Of a stretch of 47,885 nt of DNA, positions 35,796-43,151 are shown one piece after another (the first letter of the stretch is position 1; the number at the start of each line of letters is the position of its first letter). Made by a program: the position numbers and the translations under genes. The notes beneath the pieces are model-generated. The model made no database searches. It saw only the letters and a list, made by a program, of their open reading frames with translations, and was not told the DNA's origin. Origin of the DNA: Eubacteriales Family XIII. Incertae Sedis bacterium (lineage in GTDB: Bacteria; Bacillota; Clostridia; Peptostreptococcales; Anaerovoracaceae); NCBI GenBank assembly GCA_031269205.1, contig JAISZM010000163.1, forward strand, positions 1-47,885. Reading direction: 5' to 3'.

Positions 35796-35987
35796 TTATC
35801 GCGCGTCCGCGTCTATCGTTATCACGTTCTTCACGAGGTCGATGTTCGTGATGCCTCCGCGGACGGTTACGTCGTTGCCGATGATGTCCGTAAGGACGAT
35901 CTGATCGCCGTTCACCCTGACGCCCGTCACGTACTCCGCGAGCGCCGCGTTCGGGTTTTTCACTTCATAGACTGTTGACAGACACAT
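35796..35987 (-). CDS. cooT: CooT-family small nickel-binding CODH maturation protein
   Basis: 63 aa starting Met-Cys (MCLSTVYEV...), with CooT-like size and beta-rich pattern. Located in the CODH/cooC context. Confidence 0.65.
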   Translation of the reverse strand: MCLSTVYEVKNPNAALAEYVTGVRVNGDQIVLTDIIGNDVTVRGGITNIDLVKNVITIDADAR

Positions 35988-36056
35988 AGATTTTGCCTCA
36001 TTTCCGCTGCGCCCCCATCCGTTTGCGGCGGGACGGGGATCCTGGGTTATCCTCGA

Positions 36057-36356
36057 TTACCGCTCTTCGAGCAGCTTGATGGCATGTTCGATTTGATCCG
36101 CGGCGGCCTCGATGTTTTTGACCCCGCCCTCTATCAGGCTGGTTATCCTGTCATCGTTGGGACGCTCTATCGCGCCGATCAGACCGTGAAGCTCACGCGC
36201 GTGTTCCCTGTTGTGATCCTTCATGTAGGTCAGGACGGCCTTGAGTCTGGGCTTGTCCATGGCGGACGCGTCGCCGGGTTTCGAGTCCTCGAGTCCATGG
36301 CTGTGCGCGCTTCCCTTCCCGCCTCCATGCGAGTGGTCGTGTTTGCCGTCGTGCAT
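36057..36356 (-). CDS. Small His-rich protein (HDGKHDHSHGGGKGSAHSHG head plus helical body), putative metal (Ni) handling protein
   Basis: 99 aa. The start lies 1 nt after the pucR stop. 7 His in the first 21 residues, plus a ...YMKDHNREHARELH... helix. I cannot assign a characterised family. Confidence 0.55.
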   Translation of the reverse strand: MHDGKHDHSHGGGKGSAHSHGLEDSKPGDASAMDKPRLKAVLTYMKDHNREHARELHGLIGAIERPNDDRITSLIEGGVKNIEAAADQIEHAIKLLEER

Positions 36357-36357
36357 G

Positions 36358-37902
36358 TTATTTTCCCTCCTGTTCGATGAGTTCGAGCGACAGCAACAGA
36401 TACCATCTGTCGCTGAGCTTGTTGAAGTCGAGTCCCGTGATGGCCTGTATGCGCTCGATGCGATATATGAACGTGCTGCGCGCGACGAAGATATCCTTCG
36501 CGGCTTTGACCGAGTGCAGGTCGTTTTTCAGAAAGACGGACAAGGTGTGGTAAAACTCGGTTTGGTGCTCTTCGTCATAGGCTTTGAGCTGCAGCAGTTC
36601 GGGGGCGCAGACCATGGACACGGGCAACTTCTCCGTGCATATCTCAAGGAGATACTGCCTCACGACATCGCGGAATCTGCACAGGTGGTCGTACTTCTTC
36701 ACCTTTGACCTGAGCCTGTTCGCTATGCCGGCCTGCTCGTAATAGAGCAGTATCTGCTCAAAGCCCGTGAATACGTCGCTTTTGCCCGCCGTCAGGTTGT
36801 TGTCCCGCAGGAAATCAGCCATGGCGACGTCTATGGGTACGTCGCCGCCGCCGCGCGTCGTGAGGTTGAACACGGCGATGATGCTGTCGTCGTGTTCAAA
36901 CACGCATTGCTCGTCAAACAGATCCGCTATGCGCGTCGTCATGAAGCCGAGCGTACGGTCGTTCTTTTCGTGCAGCGTGGTGAATACCCGGTATATCACG
37001 AACTCGTCGTCGGCTTTCCAGCCGAAGCTCGCCATCTGTTCCTTGATGTATTCGTGGCTGTTTATCTCTCCCGAAAGAATGTTCGCCATAAAGCCCGTCA
37101 TGTTGAGCGCCACCGACGAGCCGCCCGTGACGAGTCCCAGAGCGAGCCGGATGTAATCCGCCAGGTGTTCGAGCAGGGCGCTTTCATATGGTTCTATCTC
37201 GTGGGTGAGTTCAAGCAGCATGAGACGGTACTTGAACTTTCCGCGCCTGAACAGGTTGACGCTTATCCCCAGCATACCGTTCGCGCGCATGTACATCACT
37301 TTGCCTGATACCGTGCCCAACACCGTCTTGTCCTTTTCCGACTTCATCAGGAAAGGAAGTTTTTCGTCGTTCAGCAGAGGCATGATCGCGGGTTCGTTCG
37401 CATAGTCCGACGCCACAGCCGCTACCTTGAAATTGATGTCGTGGAGTATGAGCGGGTTGCCGAAGATACGTCCCCCCACATCAACCAGCGTTTGTATATC
37501 CGAATTTGATGTGAGAACGCGATGAAGTTCGGCGTCCCAATAGTCGTATTTCGTGAAGATGTCCTGAATGGAGCCGTGTATTTTGGATATGGACGACTTT
37601 CCTCTGATCAGAGATACCGACTCGAATATCCTGGCGAGCGGAACCACCGCTTCGGTGTCTTTCGTGATCGCGACGGCGGGGATGGTTTCGCCGTCCATCC
37701 GCGAGCCGTACTCGCGCGCGAGCGTCTCGGCCGTATGTTTCGCGTCTTTATCGACGATCCAGACGCGTCCGGCTCCGGGCTGCATACCCGCGCGCAGAAA
37801 CATGACGTTCTCAAGCGAGAGTCTGTATGAAACCTCGCCCGGCGTTTGGATGTCGTACATTTCGCCCAACTCTTTATACAGTATCCCCACGCTGATCTTC
37901 AT
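36358..37902 (-). CDS. PucR-family transcriptional regulator (C-terminal HTH_30)
   Basis: 514 aa. C-terminus ...VKAAKDIFVARSTFIYRIERIQAITGLDF... is the PucR HTH. It is the first gene of the minus-strand unit. Confidence 0.8.
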   Translation of the reverse strand: MKISVGILYKELGEMYDIQTPGEVSYRLSLENVMFLRAGMQPGAGRVWIVDKDAKHTAETLAREYGSRMDGETIPAVAITKDTEAVVPLARIFESVSLIRGKSSISKIHGSIQDIFTKYDYWDAELHRVLTSNSDIQTLVDVGGRIFGNPLILHDINFKVAAVASDYANEPAIMPLLNDEKLPFLMKSEKDKTVLGTVSGKVMYMRANGMLGISVNLFRRGKFKYRLMLLELTHEIEPYESALLEHLADYIRLALGLVTGGSSVALNMTGFMANILSGEINSHEYIKEQMASFGWKADDEFVIYRVFTTLHEKNDRTLGFMTTRIADLFDEQCVFEHDDSIIAVFNLTTRGGGDVPIDVAMADFLRDNNLTAGKSDVFTGFEQILLYYEQAGIANRLRSKVKKYDHLCRFRDVVRQYLLEICTEKLPVSMVCAPELLQLKAYDEEHQTEFYHTLSVFLKNDLHSVKAAKDIFVARSTFIYRIERIQAITGLDFNKLSDRWYLLLSLELIEQEGK

Positions 37903-37909
37903 GTAATAT

Positions 37910-37918
37910 AGTATATCA
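37910..37918 (-). promoter_or_regulatory. Extended -10 (TGaTATACT) 7 nt upstream of the pucR-family ATG
   Basis: Read on the minus strand as cgTGaTATACTatattacATG. No SD is present. Confidence 0.35.
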
Positions 37919-38015
37919 CGAGTGGCGACCTCTAAAAACGATATGTTTGGTAGAATTGTGAGGTAGAATGTGGTTCACAGTCACAGTTCACAAAACGGAA
38001 TTTCCGAAACGAAGA

Positions 38016-38040
38016 CCGGCAGAGTAGCCGGGGGGTTTTT
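38016..38040 (+). terminator. Terminator-like hairpin CCGGC-AGAGTA-GCCGG followed by GGGGTTTTT, inside the leader of the activator gene
   Basis: 5-bp GC stem plus T5, oriented on the plus strand. It lies downstream of a TGgTAGAAT extended -10 (37948-37956). Confidence 0.3.
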
Positions 38041-38157
38041 GAGGTTCTCCGGAACCGCGCCTCGCGTGTTATACTATTGAACGGAACGGGAAACGGGTTT
38101 CGTGGCACTGCTCTGCAAGCTGAACCGCGCGTTGAATTGACGGAGTGAAGAGGATAG

Positions 38158-39699
38158 GTGAAGCGGAAAATGCGTGAATCGGAAAGAGAACGCAAGCTGG
38201 TATTCAAGACGGCCGACGGGGCTGACTTTGCGATAACCGCGCGCGTGGGAACGAACTTGCTCGCGGCCGCGCGCGGCGCGGGGGTAGCCATAGACGCGCC
38301 CTGCGGCGGCGCCGGCGCCTGCGGCAAGTGCCGCGTGAAGCTGTCGTCGGGGGAAGTGGAGTCCATATGCGGCAGACACATCTCCGACGACGATTTTGCC
38401 GCGGGCTACCGACTCGCGTGTGAGAGCGCCATTCTGTCGGACGCCGAAATATCAGTACCCGAGTCGGCGCTCGCGTGGCAATCGCGCATACGGGTGGACG
38501 AAACAGACGGCTCAGGCGCCAGCGCGACGACGGAGCGCGTCAAAAGGGCGTTCGCGGCCGGCGGATTTCATCGTGACACGGACGTGTGGTGTGTCCGGGC
38601 AAAGCTCGGCGCGCCGAGCCTTGACGACGCGCAAGCCGACAGGGAGAGACTGCTCTCCGCGATAGATGCCGATGACATTTCGCTGTACGCCCTGCGCAAA
38701 CTGCCGCAGGCATTGAGGGAAAACGATTTTTCGATCTACTGCCTGGTTCGCGGCGCGGCCGGGCAATCCTCTGACGGCGGCGCGCCCGGATCGAGGACAG
38801 TTATCGACGTGAGCGCGCGGCCGATACGGCTCGTCGCCGTCGCCGTGGACATAGGCACGACGACGGTGTCGGCGCTGCTGGTTGATCTCGCGACGGGGGA
38901 GATACTGTCCGCCGGCAGCGCGGGAAACGGACAGATACGCTACGGCGCCGACGTGATAAACAGGCTCATAGAAGGCGCTAAGCCCGGGGGCGCTGAGAGA
39001 TTGCGCGAGGCCATCGCGGATGATTGCGTCGCGCCGCTCATACGGGATATCTGCGCGGCCGCGCGTGTCAACGGCGGAGACAAAGACGCTTGCGCTATAG
39101 AACCGGCCGAGGTAGCGCGTGTTTCGATCGCGGGCAATACGACTATGATGCACCTGTTGCTCGGCGTCTTCGGCGACAATATTAGGATGGAGCCGTATGT
39201 TCCCGCTTTCTTCGCGCTCGGGACGCTCCGGGGCGCGGATATCGGTTTCGGCGTCAACCCTGACGCGGGAGTGACCGTATGTCCTTCCGTCGGAAGTTAC
39301 GTCGGCGGCGACATCACGGCGGGAGTCCTATCGTCAGGAATATACAAGAGGAAGGAAAACGCGCTGTTCATAGACCTGGGTACGAACGGTGAGATCGTGC
39401 TAGCCGGCGACGGCTTCCTCATGTCGTGCGCCTGTTCCGCGGGGCCGGCGTTTGAGGGCGGGAATATGAGCTGCGGCATGAGAGCCACGGACGGCGCCGT
39501 CGATGCCGTCGCCATAGACGAGGAAAACATGAAGCCGTCGCTTTCGGTCGTCGGGGATATTCCCCCGGTCGGCATATGCGGTTCCGGACTCATCGACGTC
39601 GTCAGCGAGCTTTTCCGCTGTGGGATCATCGACGCGCGCGGTAAGTTTATCCGCTCCGGCAAGCTCGTGAAGGAAGACGGTTGGGGAGGCAAATATTAG
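38158..39699 (+). CDS. RACo-type reductive activator of corrinoid proteins (2Fe-2S ferredoxin domain plus ASKHA ATPase), N-terminal 513 codons ending at an in-frame TAG
   Basis: GTG start after GAGGA. Plant-type ferredoxin motif CGGAGACGKCRV. ASKHA phosphate motifs VAVDIGTTTV and FIDLGTNGE. Confidence 0.8.
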   Translation: MKRKMRESERERKLVFKTADGADFAITARVGTNLLAAARGAGVAIDAPCGGAGACGKCRVKLSSGEVESICGRHISDDDFAAGYRLACESAILSDAEISVPESALAWQSRIRVDETDGSGASATTERVKRAFAAGGFHRDTDVWCVRAKLGAPSLDDAQADRERLLSAIDADDISLYALRKLPQALRENDFSIYCLVRGAAGQSSDGGAPGSRTVIDVSARPIRLVAVAVDIGTTTVSALLVDLATGEILSAGSAGNGQIRYGADVINRLIEGAKPGGAERLREAIADDCVAPLIRDICAAARVNGGDKDACAIEPAEVARVSIAGNTTMMHLLLGVFGDNIRMEPYVPAFFALGTLRGADIGFGVNPDAGVTVCPSVGSYVGGDITAGVLSSGIYKRKENALFIDLGTNGEIVLAGDGFLMSCACSAGPAFEGGNMSCGMRATDGAVDAVAIDEENMKPSLSVVGDIPPVGICGSGLIDVVSELFRCGIIDARGKFIRSGKLVKEDGWGGKY

Positions 39700-39702
39700 A
39701 TC

Positions 39703-40155
39703 GTGGCGGCGGATCCGATGGATGGCGTGGGCCGGGAAGTCGTCGTCACCGAGGCCGACATCGACAACTTCATCAGGGCCAAAGGCTCGGTGTTTTCGGC
39801 CATACGAGTCATGCTTGAACTCGCCGGGATGGACGTGGACGATCTGGGGCGCGTCTATATCGCCGGAGGCATCGGCGGCGCCATAGACAAGGCGAGCGCC
39901 GTGCGCATCGGTATGCTGCCCGCTCTGCCCGAAGAGCGGTATGACTATATCGGCAACACCTCACTGATGGGGGCGTACGCCGCGCTGCTGTCGGCGGAGG
40001 CGCGGGCGGAGCTTTCCGAAATACAAGGAAGCATGACGTACTTGGAACTATCCGCGCATCCGGGCTACATGGACGAATTCATCGCCGCGTGCTTCCTGCC
40101 GCATACTGACGCGTCGCTGTTCGACGGCGGCGGGAAGGTTCGGGAGCGACAATGA
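39703..40155 (+). CDS. C-terminal 150 codons of the same RACo-type activator (same reading frame, separated only by TAG-ATC)
   Basis: VVVTEADIDNFIRAKGSVFSAI...RVYIAGGIGGAID...IGNTSLMGA is the second ASKHA lobe. 38158 and 39703 are in the same frame. Confidence 0.8.
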   Translation: MAADPMDGVGREVVVTEADIDNFIRAKGSVFSAIRVMLELAGMDVDDLGRVYIAGGIGGAIDKASAVRIGMLPALPEERYDYIGNTSLMGAYAALLSAEARAELSEIQGSMTYLELSAHPGYMDEFIAACFLPHTDASLFDGGGKVRERQ

Positions 40156-40191
40156 AGTGACGCGAAGGTGAGGGCGTGTGAGGTTGAAGCT

Positions 40192-40845
40192 ATGGCGATG
40201 AAGAGAGATAGTACGACACAGCCCGAGTACGGGTTCGGGCGTATCACCGACAAACCTCTGGAGCACTACTCCAGGGTGTTCGCGTCGCTCGATCCCTTGG
40301 ATATCGCGGAACGTACGCGCGTGCCGTACGATGCGGAGCGTCGCGAGTTCACGATCACCCTCATGGGCGTGAGGTACGCGGTCGGCTGGCCCGGCGCGGA
40401 GATCGGGATCGACGACCCTTACGCACGCATCCTCATGCTCAGATATCTCGAAGAGGGTCGATACATAGAACCCACGGGCAGATACGTCGCTTACCATGAA
40501 CTGCCGTGGGGTGATGTCTATGTTTCGAACTTTCGGGGGCGCGTCATCAGGCGCTTCCTCAGTGAGTTCGGGCGTGACCTCGACGCCTTAAAAAAAATTA
40601 TAGAAGGGGCGTCCGGCCTCGGCGCCGAGCCGGAGGAGAAATGCGATCTGGGGTACAGGTTCGATTTCATGAACGGGTTGCCCATGAAGATACTCGTATG
40701 GGAGGGCGACGACGAGTTCCCGGCTTCAGCGCAGATGCTTTACGACAAAGCCGTGGCGTTCGCCTATACGGCGGAGGACATCGCGGTCGCGGGCGACATA
40801 TTGATAAGCCGTCTGAAAGATATGCGCGAAAATGCGATGATGTGA
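40192..40845 (+). CDS. DUF3786-family protein
   Basis: The pattern ...F.I.LMGV.Y.V.WP...ILMLRYLEEG...Y.ELPWG..Y...F..R......F...LVWEGDDEFPASAQMLYD matches my memory of DUF3786. I prefer the ATG at 40192 (GAGGT SD). The ORF track starts at the GTG at 40168. Confidence 0.65.
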   Translation: MAMKRDSTTQPEYGFGRITDKPLEHYSRVFASLDPLDIAERTRVPYDAERREFTITLMGVRYAVGWPGAEIGIDDPYARILMLRYLEEGRYIEPTGRYVAYHELPWGDVYVSNFRGRVIRRFLSEFGRDLDALKKIIEGASGLGAEPEEKCDLGYRFDFMNGLPMKILVWEGDDEFPASAQMLYDKAVAFAYTAEDIAVAGDILISRLKDMRENAMM

Positions 40846-40875
40846 TAAAATACAAAAGGTTGATGAAAGTCGCAT

Positions 40876-41532
40876 GTGGATGGAACGGATTCTAAGAGAA
40901 TGACTACGGATATCATCATGAAGGGATTTCTTGATCTTTCGGAAACTGAGGTTATCGAAGAAGTCAAGGCGCTGGTGGAAACCGGAATCCCTACGGAAGA
41001 GATACTTCGTAAATGCCAGGACGGTATTACGGCCGTTGGCGACGCCTTCGGTGAGGGGAGGATGTTTGTTTCGGATCTCATGGTCTCGGCCGCCATCTTC
41101 AAGAAGGCCGTCGGTCTCATCATGCCCGACGCGCGTATGCTTGCGGGCGACAAGGGCAAAGTCGTCATCGGAACAGTCAAGGAGGACGTACACAACATCG
41201 GAAAGGACCTCACGTCCAACCTGCTCAGGTTTGCCGGATACGAGGTCATAGACATCGGCGTGGACTGCTCTCCGGAGGAATTTGTCAAGGCCGTCAGGAA
41301 GAGCGGCGCGAAGATAGTCGCGATGTCGTGTCTTCTTACCTCGAGCTATCCCTTCATCATAAAGACGATAGAGGCTCTGAAAGCGGCGGGACTCAGAAGA
41401 CGCGTGAAGATCATTGTCGGCGGCGCGCCGCTCGACGAGAAAGCCGCCGATTACTGCGGCGCCGACGCTTACGGAGCCAACGCGCGGTCGGCGGTCTTGT
41501 TTGCAAAAAATATCTATAAGCGATCCCCGTAA
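40876..41532 (+). CDS. Second corrinoid (B12-binding) protein
   Basis: DxHxxG motif (KEDVHNIGKD), ...MSCLLTSS... and GGAPL. The start is uncertain: GTG 40876, ATG 40900 or ATG 40918. Confidence 0.85.
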   Translation: MDGTDSKRMTTDIIMKGFLDLSETEVIEEVKALVETGIPTEEILRKCQDGITAVGDAFGEGRMFVSDLMVSAAIFKKAVGLIMPDARMLAGDKGKVVIGTVKEDVHNIGKDLTSNLLRFAGYEVIDIGVDCSPEEFVKAVRKSGAKIVAMSCLLTSSYPFIIKTIEALKAAGLRRRVKIIVGGAPLDEKAADYCGADAYGANARSAVLFAKNIYKRSP

Positions 41533-41533
41533 A

Positions 41534-41552
41534 TCCCTCGTACATTTTGTAT
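41534..41552 (+). promoter_or_regulatory. Copy C (degenerate) of the shared element: TCCCTCGTACATTTTGTAT, followed by a TAAAAT -10 candidate (41575-41580)
   Basis: Shares AATCCCT-CGTACA with copy B. It lies upstream of the orphan SBP gene in the same orientation. Confidence 0.35.
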
Positions 41553-41742
41553 GAAGTTTTTTCACTCTTTCGGATAAAATGTTCGGTAGTAATATCTTCG
41601 CGTGCGAGTGTACGATGTGCATATGAATCATTGGTCGCTCCTTTGCGGAGATGCCGGCGATATATCCTTACCGGAACTCCTTGCGATCCATGGTCGATTG
41701 TCTGTTGAGAGGAAGAAGAAGGGAAAAGAAGGAGGATAGAAC

Positions 41743-42999
41743 ATGAAGAGGAAGAAGACGCTGCTTTTAGTGCTCTGCGTCGCTTTGACGCTATTATGGG
41801 GCATGATGGCGACGGCGTGCAGCCAGTCGCAGGACACGCCCGCGGAAGAGGCACCCGCGGAAGAGACACCTGCGGAAGAGACGCCCGCTGAGGAGACCCC
41901 GCCCGCCGAGGAAACGGACACGGCGGACTCGGGCACGAAGAATATAGGCATATATGCCGACGCGAACGGCGTCTACTACGATCAGCTGGCCAATGTCTTT
42001 ATAGCCGCTGGCGAGCAGGATCCCGAATGCGACTGGAAGGTCGAGTACAAGCTTGGACAGGGTACCGCTGAGGATCAGATATCGGCCGTGGAGAACTTCA
42101 TAACGGCCGGCTATGACGCGATGATCATCATCCAGAACAATCCGGACACGACGGCGGAGTGCCTCGAAAAAGCGGCCGCGGCGGGTATCCCGTACTTTGG
42201 CGCGTGCCACTATTTCGGACAGCTCGACAACGCCAGCCTGTCGGCCGGGTCGACCAATTACAACTTTATCGAAGCCGGAAAGATGGCGGGTGAGGACGCT
42301 CTGGCTCACGGCGTGACCAAGGTCGTCATGATCGAGGGCGTGCTCGGACAGGGTTCCGCTTCGGATCAGTCGCTCGGCTTCGTACAAGCCTACGAGGATG
42401 CCGGCAAGAGCCTCGGCGAAAAGGAGGACGGCAGCAAGTGGACGGCTGAGGAGATAGCCACCGAAAAACCCGGCGCGGATCTGATCAAGGGCAGCCCTGA
42501 CCTGGTGATCGTGCAGTGGGCGTCCGGCGAATGGGTCTCTGAGCCTTCACAGGCGGCCATGGCGAACGCCATTACGGCGCTCGGTCAGGATGGCTGGGAC
42601 GGCGCTTACGTACACAACAACGCCATGATGGAAGGCGCGATGATGGCTGTGTCTGACGCGGGGCTTTCGACCGATGAGTATTGGCTCGGCAGCTGCAACG
42701 GACGCGACATCAGCTGGCAGTGGGTCAAGGACAAGAAGATCACGATGGACGTCAACCAGCCCGCCAACATGGAAGGCTGCCTGCTCTATCAAATGGTCAA
42801 GGCGTATTTCAAGGGCGAGGACTACCGGAAGCACGTGCATCCGTACCTGACCCCGTACAATCAGGAGAATATCGCCGATCTCGAAGCGTCACTCGTCCCC
42901 TGCGACAACGCCGATGATTTCATGGCCGGCATGAACGCGAATACGTTTGTGTGGGATATCAACGACCCCAAGTTCAAGGATATCGAGGGCAACTACTGA
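41743..42999 (+). CDS. Orphan lipoprotein sugar-binding protein (periplasmic binding protein type I, RbsB-like) with no adjacent permease or ATPase
   Basis: Lipobox MATAC, a (T/A)PAEE x4-5 linker, then ...IGIYADANG...ENFITAGYDAMIIIQN.... AAGGAGG SD. Confidence 0.75.
   Translation: MKRKKTLLLVLCVALTLLWGMMATACSQSQDTPAEEAPAEETPAEETPAEETPPAEETDTADSGTKNIGIYADANGVYYDQLANVFIAAGEQDPECDWKVEYKLGQGTAEDQISAVENFITAGYDAMIIIQNNPDTTAECLEKAAAAGIPYFGACHYFGQLDNASLSAGSTNYNFIEAGKMAGEDALAHGVTKVVMIEGVLGQGSASDQSLGFVQAYEDAGKSLGEKEDGSKWTAEEIATEKPGADLIKGSPDLVIVQWASGEWVSEPSQAAMANAITALGQDGWDGAYVHNNAMMEGAMMAVSDAGLSTDEYWLGSCNGRDISWQWVKDKKITMDVNQPANMEGCLLYQMVKAYFKGEDYRKHVHPYLTPYNQENIADLEASLVPCDNADDFMAGMNANTFVWDINDPKFKDIEGNY
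41836..41913 (+). repeat. 15-bp tandem repeat (acgcccgcggaagag-like, 4-5 units) encoding the PAEE(T/A) linker of the SBP
   Basis: Units at 41836, 41851, 41866, 41881 and 41896, read directly from the sequence. Confidence 0.9.
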
Positions 43000-43067
43000 C
43001 CGTAACTATCTGAGTCGTCATGTGCCGCGCAATATTTAGTTGGCGGAGCAATTAACAGCATCAGCAG

Positions 43068-43097
43068 AGGAGGGCCGCGCGTACGCGTGGCCTTCCT
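43068..43097 (+). terminator. Strong GC-rich hairpin (AGGAGGGCCGCGCG / CGCGTGGCCTTCCT) after the orphan SBP gene
   Basis: About 13-14 bp stem including two G-U pairs. No clean U-tract. Confidence 0.45.
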
Positions 43098-43151
43098 CCT
43101 GTTCGGTGTGTCGCGCCGCGTTGCGGTCGCTATAATATGGTAGTATAGATC

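Noticed and set aside
39697-39699. Confident call of pyrrolysine at the in-frame TAG.
   Set aside because: No pyl genes and no TAG-containing methylamine methyltransferase gene occur in this window. TAG also serves as the ordinary stop for several genes here. It is therefore reported only as one of several hypotheses.
2334-43052. 20-nt perfect direct repeats at 2334-2353 and 43033-43052 as attL/attR of an integrated element.
   Set aside because: No integrase, recombinase, transposase, phage or conjugation gene lies between the repeats, and the content is core metabolism. It is kept only as a repeat observation.
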